NCBI GenBank assembly: GCA_051531975.1
Contig: JAOPTT010000010.1
Span: forward strand, 1-64,000
From: Spirochaetaceae bacterium
GTDB lineage: Bacteria; Spirochaetota; Spirochaetia; DSM-2461
DNA length: 64,000 nucleotides
Reading direction: 5' to 3'
This document shows, piece by piece, positions 1-9,220 of the stretch. The position numbers and the translations under genes are program-made. Below the pieces are notes generated by a model, which saw only the letters and a program-made list of their open reading frames with translations, ran no database searches and was not told where the DNA came from. Each line of letters opens with the position of its first letter. Position 1 is the stretch's first letter.

Positions 1-9
1 TTTTTAGAA

Positions 10-79
10 TTTATGTTTACAAGACATAAACTTTTTTAGTTTATGTTTACAAGACATAAATAATTTTATATTTATGTCT
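10..79. repeat. Tandem array of palindromic units TTTATGTTTACAAGACATAAA (2 full copies, 30-bp period, plus a partial third)
   Basis: Identical 21-mers at 10-30 and 40-60 and half-site TTTATGTCT at 71-79; each unit is an imperfect 9-3-9 inverted repeat. Confidence 0.85.
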
Positions 80-92
80 ACAGATTGAATTA

Positions 93-1217
93 TTACCGAA
101 CTCTTAAAAAATTGTCTAAAATATATTCCATTCTATCTTTTGACTCTTCGTAATAAATACTAAATGGATAATTATCGTACACATATTCATAAAATTCTTT
201 TGATTTTTTAAGAAATCCCTCTTCAAAATATATCTGAGCAAGCTTATAGTATATCTCATCTGGGTTTTCTTGTATCTTAATATTTAATAATGCTTCCTCT
301 AGTCTGCTTTTTTTACTAAAACTCTCTAAAGTTTTTTCAGGAACTATGATTTGTGAGTTTTCCTCCACAATCTTAAGATCCTCTTTATTAATCATATCTC
401 TGTCTAATACCTCAACAACTACATGACTATATTCTTTTATCTCTGTTGTATATTTTACAAATTCAACAGTATATGTTCCTATGTTATTTGCAATAAATTC
501 AAACAATACTCTATTATTTGTAAAATACTTATTTTTAAAATGTAGATCTTTTACTACTGACTCGTAAATCCAACCTGTTTGATCCATTTCAATAGTGAAG
601 CTTTTACCAGCAACGGCACTCAAATCATCTAACACTCTGGTGTAATTTGGTTTAACTACTGGTTTAACTACTGGTTTAACTACTGGTTTAACTACTGGTT
701 TAACTACTGGTTTAACTACTGGTTTAACTACTGGTTTAACTACTGGTTTAACTACTGTTTTAGCTACTGGTTTAATTACTGGTTTAACTACTGGTTTAAC
801 TACTATTTTAGCTACTATTTTAGCTACTGGTTTAATTACTGGTTTAACAACTGGTTTAAGAGCTATGAAAGATAAAACAGGTAATTTTATCTCGGTATTA
901 GCGATTAATACTACTGGTCTACTATTAGATGGACTTTCAGCATCATTGTAAGTTAAAAATGGAAATATTGTAATTTCATGAATACTATTCAACTCCGGTT
1001 GCTCATATAAAATACTCGGAGTAATAGTTGTATACTTAATTTCTTCAAGTAGTTTTAGTTCAATTTCAGAGTTCAAAGATTTATCTGCCTCTATTCTTTC
1101 TTCAGAGTGTCCAACCAACGATATTGTTGCGCAAGAACTGAATAAAAGAACAAGTAAAACAAATATTTTATCTAATATCTTTAAGTTTTGCTTTAAGGTA
1201 CTCAAAATTATTCTCAT
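93..1217 (-). CDS. Putative lipoprotein with KPVV low-complexity linker and C-terminal TPR/BamD-like helical repeat
   Basis: Hydrophobic stretch plus lipobox-like LFSSC; (KPVV)n tract; C-terminal EIYYKLAQIYF...YEYVYDNYPFS TPR-like pattern; exact start uncertain. Confidence 0.7.
   Translation of the reverse strand: MRIILSTLKQNLKILDKIFVLLVLLFSSCATISLVGHSEERIEADKSLNSEIELKLLEEIKYTTITPSILYEQPELNSIHEITIFPFLTYNDAESPSNSRPVVLIANTEIKLPVLSFIALKPVVKPVIKPVAKIVAKIVVKPVVKPVIKPVAKTVVKPVVKPVVKPVVKPVVKPVVKPVVKPVVKPVVKPNYTRVLDDLSAVAGKSFTIEMDQTGWIYESVVKDLHFKNKYFTNNRVLFEFIANNIGTYTVEFVKYTTEIKEYSHVVVEVLDRDMINKEDLKIVEENSQIIVPEKTLESFSKKSRLEEALLNIKIQENPDEIYYKLAQIYFEEGFLKKSKEFYEYVYDNYPFSIYYEESKDRMEYILDNFLRVR
648..857. 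repeat. 12-bp coding tandem repeat (TGGTTTAACTAC)n, about 17.5 units
   Basis: 9 perfect copies at 648-755, then variant copies to 857; encodes KPVV/KPVI/KPVA/KIVA. Confidence 0.95.
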
Positions 1218-1674
1218 CCAAATCTTTAATATTCATTGTTTCTAAGTCAATCCAGAACTGATCGACATCTTCCTGTGTCCACTTCATTTTAGCTTCACGA
1301 GTTAACTTAAACATATCAGCATAGTTGTCATCTTTAACTGGTAAAATAAAATCTTTTAATGTGGGAGCATTTACGACTCTATTACTTGTTTCATCAATAA
1401 CCATATCAACAGCTATTTTTAGCTGGTCAGAATTCATATCTTTTAATTCATCAATTGAAAATTTTTTAAGTAAAAGTTGATCGATATAAGTTTCATATTT
1501 ATTGGCTTTATTTTCTAACATCATCTGATCATTTTGAATATCAGTTACAACTAAAATTATTATGATTATAAAAGCTATAAACACAGAACCAATAATAATA
1601 AGCTTAAATTTTAGATCCAGCCAAGCATCAGCAAAAAACTCTAAGGGTGTTCTTTTTTTATTTTTCTTCCTCAT
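1168..1674 (-). CDS. Hypothetical single-pass membrane protein in the smc operon
   Basis: Basic N-terminus, one long hydrophobic helix; overlaps smc and the lipoprotein gene. Confidence 0.75.
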   Translation of the reverse strand: MRKKNKKRTPLEFFADAWLDLKFKLIIIGSVFIAFIIIIILVVTDIQNDQMMLENKANKYETYIDQLLLKKFSIDELKDMNSDQLKIAVDMVIDETSNRVVNAPTLKDFILPVKDDNYADMFKLTREAKMKWTQEDVDQFWIDLETMNIKDLDENNFEYLKAKLKDIR

Positions 1675-4336
1675 GCTCCAACCTCATTGTTATTAGTTTT
1701 GAAACTCCAGATTCCTGCATTGTAACACCTAAAAGGGCTCCAGCGCCAGTAACTGTTTTTTTATTATGAGTTATCACTATAAATTGTGACTCTTTAGCAA
1801 ACTCTGTTAGGGTTGTAACAAATCTTGAAATATTTCTCTCATCTAATGCTGCATCTATCTCATCTAGGATACAAAAGGGGGATGGTTTAATGCTATATGT
1901 AGCAAATAGAAGAGCAACAGCAGTTAAACTTCTTTCTCCACCAGATAGTAGTGAAATATTTTCTAAACTTTTCCCAGGAGGACGTGCATAGATCTCAATT
2001 CCACTTTCTAAGATATTAGTACTGTCTGTTAATTTTAACTCAGCTGAGCCTCCACCAAAAAGTCTCTGATACATAATAGAAAAACTTTTTTTTATCTCTT
2101 CAAATGTTTGAAAAAATAGTTTTGTAGATTCTTCTTTTATCTCACTAGTAATCTTCGTTAGATTTTCATCTGCTTTTATAAGGTCATCAATCTGGTCTTT
2201 TAAAAAGTTATATCTTTTAGAAACTTCTTTAAACTCTTCTGGAGCCATAAGATTTATTTGCCCAATTGTTTTTTGTTTAATTCTTAGTTCCTGAATACTC
2301 TTTTTAAGTTCAACTTCATCATGAATTTTCCCATCAATACCTTTAGATGCTTCTTCTAGATCAATAGAATATTTTTCTTGAAACTCTTCGTATAACTCTT
2401 TAACTTTTGTTTCTAAATGTTCTGATTCAAAATTAAATCTATCAATTTGTTGAGCTATACTTGATAGGGACTCTTTTTTATTATTTAACTTATTCTCTTT
2501 GGACGAGTTACTATCTTTTATTTTTGCTATTAATTCTTCTAATTTTTTTATATTAATATTAAGTTCTTTCTCTTTTTTAACAAGTTCTTCTTGGTTCTGA
2601 ACGATACGTCCCCGATCCAATGATAGCTGCTTTACTTTCTCTGCAAGATTTGCTCTCTCTTTTTTTATTTCAGAAAGTAAAGATTGTTCTTCTTGAAGGT
2701 TTTTATTTATAATTGAAATATTTTCTTCTATAGCTGTTAACTTTACTTTACTTTCAGCAATAGAAACTTTATTTTTAGATATTAACTCACTTGTTACCTC
2801 TATTTTATGATTTATAAGTTTAATTTCCTGGTTAGATCTATTAATAGAATCCTTTGCTTTAATTATATTCTTTTTAATATCGCCTAACTCTTTATCAAAG
2901 TCTTTCTTCTGTTCAAAATCACTATCTTGATTTAATAATTCTAAAACAGAGGTTGGGAAACTATCTAATAATTCTGTAAAATCATCATCTAACTTAAATA
3001 ATATAGAAGGATTTGTCCTAGCTAATTTAAGTTGCTTTCTAAACAGATCAATTAAAGTATTGTGCTTTTCTAAAGAAAAACCTTTTAAACCATCTTGTAG
3101 TTTATCTGTTATTTTAGTTGCTAGATTTTTAAGCTCATCTATTATAATCTCTTTTCTTTGGTCATATTTTGTAAGCATTTCTGAATCGCTTGTAACCAGT
3201 GCTGTATATTCATCTATATCATTACTATTTTTACTATTTTCAGTAACATATTTTTCTAACCCATGATTTAAAGAAGTTAAGTCTAATTGTAACTCTTTTT
3301 GATTTTCTCTTTTTTGAGATATTTCACTTTTTAATTCTTGACTTCTTTCTTCATATTTATGCTCTCTTTCATCAATTAATCCAAGTTGAGAGCTATACTC
3401 TTTATCTCGCTCTCTATTAGCTACTAATCGATTTTTAATTGATTCTTTTTCTAAGCTAATACCATAAATATTCTTTTGTTTTTCAGAGAGGTCACCTCTT
3501 AATCGCCCCTGTTCTTTATGGCTATCTCCTAGATCTTCAGATAGAGATTTTATGTCTTTTTCAATATTAGTTAAATTTTCTTGTCTTTTAGAGTGCTCGT
3601 CTCCCCTTCTCTGATGAAGTTCTTTTAATTTAGTAACTTTTAAGAGTTGAAGACTAACTTCTATTTCGAATAGTTTTTCTTTTATATCTCTATATTGCCC
3701 AGTTTTCTCTGCTTGTTCTTTTAATGTGAAATAACTTCGGCTAACTTCTGAAAGTATGTTCTGAGCTTGTTTAATGTTGTCTCGAGTCTTTTCTAGCTTC
3801 CTAGAAGCTTCATGACCTCTTTGCTTGTATTTTGTGATACCAGCAGCTTCTTCAAACAGATGTCGCCTTTCTTCTGGCCTACTAGATAGTACCTGATCAA
3901 TTTTTCCTTGTTCTAATATCGAGTATGCTGTTTTACCTATACCAGTATCAAAAAAAAGTTCTCTAAGTTCTTTTAACCTAACTTGGGCATTGTTAATATA
4001 ATATTCACTCTCCCCAGATCTATAGAGTCTTCTTTTTATTTCGATCTGCGGTGCATCAAGTTCTAAAATATTAGTTTCGTTACTAATGGTTAATGTAACT
4101 TCGGCAACGTTAAGAGGCTTTCGTTTAACAGTTCCGTTAAAAATTACATCTTCCATTTTCATTGCTCGCATGTTTTTTGTTGACTGCTCACCTAATACCC
4201 ATTTTACGGCATCTACAATATTGCTCTTCCCACAACCATTTGGTCCTAAAAGAGCTGATATTCCGGTAGAGAAGTCAATGTGGGTTCTATCTGCAAAAGA
4301 TTTAAACCCCATTAATTCCATGCTTTGCAAGAACAT
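1658..4336 (-). CDS. smc: Chromosome segregation protein Smc (short spirochaete type)
   Basis: GFKSF, Walker A GPNGCGKSN, Q-loop EQGKI, long coiled coils, signature LSGGE, Walker B/D-loop ILDEIDAALD. Confidence 0.93.
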   Translation of the reverse strand: MFLQSMELMGFKSFADRTHIDFSTGISALLGPNGCGKSNIVDAVKWVLGEQSTKNMRAMKMEDVIFNGTVKRKPLNVAEVTLTISNETNILELDAPQIEIKRRLYRSGESEYYINNAQVRLKELRELFFDTGIGKTAYSILEQGKIDQVLSSRPEERRHLFEEAAGITKYKQRGHEASRKLEKTRDNIKQAQNILSEVSRSYFTLKEQAEKTGQYRDIKEKLFEIEVSLQLLKVTKLKELHQRRGDEHSKRQENLTNIEKDIKSLSEDLGDSHKEQGRLRGDLSEKQKNIYGISLEKESIKNRLVANRERDKEYSSQLGLIDEREHKYEERSQELKSEISQKRENQKELQLDLTSLNHGLEKYVTENSKNSNDIDEYTALVTSDSEMLTKYDQRKEIIIDELKNLATKITDKLQDGLKGFSLEKHNTLIDLFRKQLKLARTNPSILFKLDDDFTELLDSFPTSVLELLNQDSDFEQKKDFDKELGDIKKNIIKAKDSINRSNQEIKLINHKIEVTSELISKNKVSIAESKVKLTAIEENISIINKNLQEEQSLLSEIKKERANLAEKVKQLSLDRGRIVQNQEELVKKEKELNINIKKLEELIAKIKDSNSSKENKLNNKKESLSSIAQQIDRFNFESEHLETKVKELYEEFQEKYSIDLEEASKGIDGKIHDEVELKKSIQELRIKQKTIGQINLMAPEEFKEVSKRYNFLKDQIDDLIKADENLTKITSEIKEESTKLFFQTFEEIKKSFSIMYQRLFGGGSAELKLTDSTNILESGIEIYARPPGKSLENISLLSGGERSLTAVALLFATYSIKPSPFCILDEIDAALDERNISRFVTTLTEFAKESQFIVITHNKKTVTGAGALLGVTMQESGVSKLITMRLEHEEEK

Positions 4337-4788
4337 TATTTCTTTGATCTCGCTTCAATAAATAATATAGCTTGATCAACACCAGCTATAAAGCTATGAA
4401 GGTCAGCTTTTTTTACTCTAATTGACTGATTATTATATTCTCCATCTTTTGTTAGAGACTCAATCAAGACTAACTCTGTCTCACCTTTATATCCATCTTT
4501 TGACATAAACTTGTATTTACGTTTACCAGATCCAGGAGAGATTTCAAAATCATCTCTTCCATCGTTAAGTGAAATAACAGATATTTTATTAAACTCTGTT
4601 TTAAAAAGATCTAAATCTTCATTAAAAATCATTATTGAAAATCTCTGAAATCCGTTATCTTTTTTTATACTTTCTGCGAGATTAACATATAGATCGCCAT
4701 ATCTGTTCTCTTTAACATTGAAAAAATATGTCTTTTTTCCATCTTCTGTAAATTGTCTTGTAGAAAATAATTCTCCACGTCTTCCCAT
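4336..4788 (-). CDS. PUR-family (DUF3276/BpuR-like) DNA/RNA-binding protein with two PUR repeats
   Basis: MGxRGELFS...KTYFFNVKENRxGD...ES motif typical of spirochaete PUR proteins; internal duplication visible. Confidence 0.85.
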   Translation of the reverse strand: MGRRGELFSTRQFTEDGKKTYFFNVKENRYGDLYVNLAESIKKDNGFQRFSIMIFNEDLDLFKTEFNKISVISLNDGRDDFEISPGSGKRKYKFMSKDGYKGETELVLIESLTKDGEYNNQSIRVKKADLHSFIAGVDQAILFIEARSKK

Positions 4789-4835
4789 CTCACTACCTTC
4801 TCATAAAAATGTTTGTTATCTTATACATTTGAAAG

Positions 4836-5567
4836 CTATTTTACAATAACTATTGTATTCTCTTTTAAGTAATTTTTAAAATTGCTAATTTTATCTTGAT
4901 CTGGTATTGGAACATCTTCAAAAGGGTATTTATATCCTAAAGTATTCCATTTTTCCTTTCCATAATCATGATATGGTAATATATCGACTCTTTCAACATT
5001 TTTACAATCATTTATAAAACTAGCTAAATTCTTAAGATCTGTATCTGAATCTGTGTAATCTGGGATATATACATATCTAAGCCAAACCTTAATATCTATG
5101 TTTTTTATATAATCAATAAAGACAGAAGTTAAATCTTGATTTACACCTGTTAATTTTTTGTGTGTATTTTCATCAAAGCTTTTTATATCTAGTAGTAAAT
5201 AATCAGTTTTATTTATAACTTCTTTTACTTTATTTGTTAATAGAACATGACCAGATGTATCAACTGCAGTTGTTAACCCCATAGTATGTATTGAATCGAA
5301 CAGACTAGATAAAAAGTCTGCCTGTAGAAGTGGTTCTCCACCAGAAGCAGTAAATCCTCCACTATCTGATTTATAGAAACCTTTTAAAGCTTCAATCTTC
5401 TCTATTGTCTGGGTTAAATTTGTAACATGGCCACCATCACGGTTCCATGTGTCCCTATTATGACAGTATAGACATTTCATATCACAACCTTGAAAAAAAG
5501 TTATAAACCTTAACCCAGGGCCATCAACACTACCCATAGTTTCATATGAGTGAATTCTCGCTTCCAT
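4836..5567 (-). CDS. pflA: Pyruvate formate-lyase activating enzyme (radical SAM)
   Basis: IHSYETMGSVDGPGLRF, CxxxCxxC (CDMKCLYC)HNRDTW, SGGEPLLQ, LPYH. Confidence 0.9.
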   Translation of the reverse strand: MEARIHSYETMGSVDGPGLRFITFFQGCDMKCLYCHNRDTWNRDGGHVTNLTQTIEKIEALKGFYKSDSGGFTASGGEPLLQADFLSSLFDSIHTMGLTTAVDTSGHVLLTNKVKEVINKTDYLLLDIKSFDENTHKKLTGVNQDLTSVFIDYIKNIDIKVWLRYVYIPDYTDSDTDLKNLASFINDCKNVERVDILPYHDYGKEKWNTLGYKYPFEDVPIPDQDKISNFKNYLKENTIVIVK

Positions 5568-5764
5568 GTATTTATTTTAACATAGATAAGACAAAAAATC
5601 ATATCCTATTCTATGTAGATTTTATTTCGTTCTAATATCTTTTTTTGGAGTAATAATCTTAGATAGAACCTAATTTAATATATTATATATTTATCCAAAT
5701 TGGTAAAGTGTATTTCATATGAAAAAGTGAAGAGTACTTAGAAAAAGCTAGTCTATTAGTATAA

Positions 5765-5797
5765 TTAGAAACGCTACCTTCATTAACAGGTAGCGCT
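5765..5797 (-). terminator. Intrinsic terminator after the OFA-family MFS gene
   Basis: Stem CGCTACCT/AGGTAGCG (5772-5795) followed by T-rich sequence on the minus strand. Confidence 0.6.
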
Positions 5798-5812
5798 TAT
5801 TATAGTTTAAAC

Positions 5813-7054
5813 TTACTCACTTTTAGGTGTAAGAGGTTTTACTTCTTCTGTAGTTGCTTTGTTTTGTTTAATAGTTGATGCAATTATCAAACCAGCAATC
5901 GCCGTTATCATCGCAATTGAAAAAGCTTGATTGTATGTAACTTTACTTTTAATTAGGATACCTAACATTGCGGCTGCACCATAAGCTTGGAAAACAAAAC
6001 TATAATTTGAACTAAATTTCTTTTGACCAAAAAGTTGACCCGTAATGGTTGGAACAAGTGAAAGGAATGAACCATAACCAATACCAATAACAACAACAGC
6101 AACAAGGAATCCTGCATAGTTAAGTGGGGCAAAACTTAAGACTGCTAATGCAATGATTGTAAATAAATACATTGTACGATAAATATTTAATGCTCCAAGT
6201 TTATCCGCTAATCGACCAGAAGCTAAACGCCCAAATGCGTTAAAACTAGCAATGATACTAACAACACCTGCAGCTTGTGCATAATCAAGACCAATATAAT
6301 CACGACCGATATCTTTTGCCATACCGATAATCAGAAGACCTGGCATAAGAGCTAAAAGGTCACTAAATAGAAGTTTATAGTAGTTTGGACTACGGAGCAT
6401 TTCTCTAGTATCGTACTCTTTCCCACCAGTTGATGAAACTTTTATCTCTTTTTCCCAATTATCAGGAGTATCAAGTAGGGATGCACCAAGAAAAGTCATA
6501 ATTCCATAAGTTATACCAAGAGTTAAAAAGGTAGCAGAAATTACTTCAGGTGTATAAGAATCAGTTTGTAAAAGTCTACCAATTACTTCTTTAAAGATAA
6601 TTGCACCACCTGCAAATGCAGCAGTTGCTAATCCTGTAATTCCACCTTTATGTCTAGGGAACCATTTTACTAAAGTTGAAAGTGGGCATACATATATAAA
6701 ACCAACACCAGAACCAGCAAGAACACCATATGTTATATATAGCATTCCTGGAGATGAAACACGTGAAGAAAGAAGTATACCTGATGTATAAAGTAAAGCA
6801 CCTATCAATGCTGTAAATCTAGGTCCTTTATGTAGCTGTAATCTACCAGAGGCAATAGACGCAAGTGAAAAACAAACCAATGAAATTGCATATGTCATGA
6901 CAACTTGTGGAGATGGTCCTCCATCTACTAATAATCCCCAAGCTTCTGAAATCGGTTTATTAAAAAGACTCCACGCATACATAGCACCAATTGCAAGTTG
7001 GGCTAATAGTGCACCAAAAAGCACAACCCATCTGTTCTTTATTCGATAATTCAC
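5813..7054 (-). CDS. OFA (oxalate/formate antiporter, YhjX-like) family MFS transporter
   Basis: GAMYAWSLF, KWFPRHKGGITG, FNAFGRLASG motifs; about 12 TM segments; GTG start with AAGGAG SD. Confidence 0.85.
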   Translation of the reverse strand: MNYRIKNRWVVLFGALLAQLAIGAMYAWSLFNKPISEAWGLLVDGGPSPQVVMTYAISLVCFSLASIASGRLQLHKGPRFTALIGALLYTSGILLSSRVSSPGMLYITYGVLAGSGVGFIYVCPLSTLVKWFPRHKGGITGLATAAFAGGAIIFKEVIGRLLQTDSYTPEVISATFLTLGITYGIMTFLGASLLDTPDNWEKEIKVSSTGGKEYDTREMLRSPNYYKLLFSDLLALMPGLLIIGMAKDIGRDYIGLDYAQAAGVVSIIASFNAFGRLASGRLADKLGALNIYRTMYLFTIIALAVLSFAPLNYAGFLVAVVVIGIGYGSFLSLVPTITGQLFGQKKFSSNYSFVFQAYGAAAMLGILIKSKVTYNQAFSIAMITAIAGLIIASTIKQNKATTEEVKPLTPKSE

Positions 7055-7448
7055 AATATTCTCCTTATTAAGTTCATCTTAGAAATCATCTTGATTTCAT
7101 TTATATAATATTGTATTGAAAATTTTATAAGATAAATGTTATAAAAATTCAAGTTTACTTTTATCGCCAATTATTAAATTATTTTATAGGATGTATTAGT
7201 ATAAATGATAGGAAAAGTTATCATCTTAGTCAACCGTAATGCCCCAAATTCCTAGTAATTTAGTAGGAATTTAATTATCCTCTTTCTTACCATAAAACAG
7301 ACTTCGTTTTATGTATATTGTTTGATTACGAATAATGCTTTGTTAATAATATTTTTTAAGATTTTCATTGCAAGAACAGAAATAAATGATTCGGTGATTA
7401 AGATGTTAATAAATATATCACCTAAATATTTATGTATAAAAAAAGAGC

Positions 7449-7479
7449 AAAAAAAAAGCCATCTAGATAGATGACTTTT
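7449..7479 (-). terminator. Intrinsic terminator of the csp gene
   Basis: Minus strand AGTCATCTA-TC-TAGATGGCT followed by a long T run. Confidence 0.75.
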
Positions 7480-7512
7480 ATGATATAAATATAAAATATA
7501 ATTAGTTTAATA

Positions 7513-7704
7513 TTAAGCTAATTTTTTTACATTAATTGCGCAAGGTCCTTTTTGACCATCACCAACTTCAAATTCTACTTTATCACCTTCATCGATGTAA
7601 CCTTGTATTTCACTTGTGTGTACGAAAAGATCGTTACCACTTTCTTGAGTAATAAAACCATATCCCTTAGTTGAGTTGAACCATTTTACAATTCCTGTTT
7701 CCAT
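7513..7704 (-). CDS. cspA: Cold-shock protein
   Basis: GIVKWFN, KGYGFI (RNP1), LFVH (RNP2), GQKGP. Confidence 0.93.
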   Translation of the reverse strand: METGIVKWFNSTKGYGFITQESGNDLFVHTSEIQGYIDEGDKVEFEVGDGQKGPCAINVKKLA

Positions 7705-7819
7705 TTTGTGCCCTTCTTAAAAATTAATATAGGTGAATAATATTGAAACAGTAACTATTAATCAATATCAAAGTTATGTAAAAACTAATAATAAATAAAA
7801 AAAAACATTAACTTAGTTT

Positions 7820-9196
7820 TTAGTCATTTATTAAGGCTCTATACCTACTGCCTTTTATTGGTTCTGATTCTATAATCTTAAAAGCTTTTTCAGAAACTTC
7901 TCTTTTAATTGCAACAAAAGTTAAGTAGTCTAATCGATCAATCTTACCAACATCACTGCCTGAAATGCCATTATTAGCAGTTAAAACACCAAGTAGATCT
8001 CCAGGGCTTATTTTATTTTTTCGCCCACCATTAATAGATATTGTCACCATTTCTGGATCTAATAATTTACAATCTTCAATTTTAGTAATATCAATATCTT
8101 CTGGTTTAAAATCTAACTTCATAAGATTATTTATTTCATTCAATCTAAAGTCTTCTCCTGGTGCCAATAAAGATAGAGCTAACCCCTCTTTTCCTGCTCT
8201 TCCAGTTCTACCAATACGATGTATATATGTTTCTGTTTCAAATGGAAGCTCAAAGTTGATAATAGCACCTAGATCATCAATATCTAGACCTCTAGCTGCA
8301 ACATCTGTGGCAACTAAAACCCTACTACTACCGTTGGAGAATCGAATTAAAACCTCGGTTCTATCTTTCTGTTCTAAATCCCCATGTAGTGCCAATGAAT
8401 GAACATCATTTTTATTAAGTTCAGCTACAACTCGTCTACAAGAATCCTTTGTATTACAAAAAACTATTACAGATTCTGGTCTGAATTTTTTTAATAATAA
8501 CAATGTATTGCCTAATTTATCTTTTTTAGTTGTATTAAAAAAATGTTGTTTGATAATAGTTTCATCATGGATAGACTCCACAGAAACTTCTACAGGTTTA
8601 TATAAAAAGCTTTTACTAAATTTCTTAATCTCATCTGGAAAAGTAGCTGAAAAACATAATTTCTGAGTGTTTTTGGGAGCATATCTAAATATATCTTCTA
8701 CTTCATCAATAAATCCCATATCTAACATTCTGTCAGCTTCGTCTAATACTAATGTATTTACATCATCTAAAAGTAGGGTTTCTCTTTGTAATAATTTTAA
8801 AATACGCCCAGGTGTTCCAACAACAATATGAGCATGGTGACTTAGAGAGTGTTCCTGTTTACGCATTGGCATTCCACCAGTTAAACAGAGAAGTTTTATA
8901 TTATGTTTAAAACGTGCTAAACGTCTTAATTCTGCTGTAACCTGTTCTGCTAACTCTCTAGTAGGACATAAAACTAGAGCTTGAATACGGAATCTCTTTA
9001 CATCTAGTTTATGTAATAATCCAATACCAAAAGCAGCAGTTTTCCCACTACCTGTTTTTGCTTGAGCAATAATATCCTCACCATCTAAAATTAGTGGGAT
9101 ACTCTTTTCTTGGATCTCAGTCATTGTTAGGTATTTAAGATCTGTTAGGTTTTTACGCATATCTGCATTTAAAGATAGACTGTCAAATGAATTCAT
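7820..9196 (-). CDS. dbpA: ATP-dependent DEAD-box RNA helicase DbpA
   Basis: Q motif, AKTGSGKT, PTRELA, DEAD, SAT, HRIGRTGR, C-terminal DbpA RNA-binding domain (GGRKNKISPGDLLG). Confidence 0.92.
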   Translation of the reverse strand: MNSFDSLSLNADMRKNLTDLKYLTMTEIQEKSIPLILDGEDIIAQAKTGSGKTAAFGIGLLHKLDVKRFRIQALVLCPTRELAEQVTAELRRLARFKHNIKLLCLTGGMPMRKQEHSLSHHAHIVVGTPGRILKLLQRETLLLDDVNTLVLDEADRMLDMGFIDEVEDIFRYAPKNTQKLCFSATFPDEIKKFSKSFLYKPVEVSVESIHDETIIKQHFFNTTKKDKLGNTLLLLKKFRPESVIVFCNTKDSCRRVVAELNKNDVHSLALHGDLEQKDRTEVLIRFSNGSSRVLVATDVAARGLDIDDLGAIINFELPFETETYIHRIGRTGRAGKEGLALSLLAPGEDFRLNEINNLMKLDFKPEDIDITKIEDCKLLDPEMVTISINGGRKNKISPGDLLGVLTANNGISGSDVGKIDRLDYLTFVAIKREVSEKAFKIIESEPIKGSRYRALIND

Positions 9197-9220
9197 GGAA
9201 TCAAACTAACATAAAAATAA

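Noticed and set aside
10..79. Possible CRISPR array
   Set aside because: Spacers are only 9-10 nt, there are only two full repeats, and no cas genes are in the window.
648..857. Possible CRISPR or iteron array
   Set aside because: Head-to-tail 12-mers without spacers, in frame within a CDS.
1658..4336. SMC-like defence system (Wadjet/MksBEFG, Lamassu) or SbcC/RecN
   Set aside because: Head motifs are those of housekeeping Smc; no kleisin, kite, nuclease or effector genes are adjacent.
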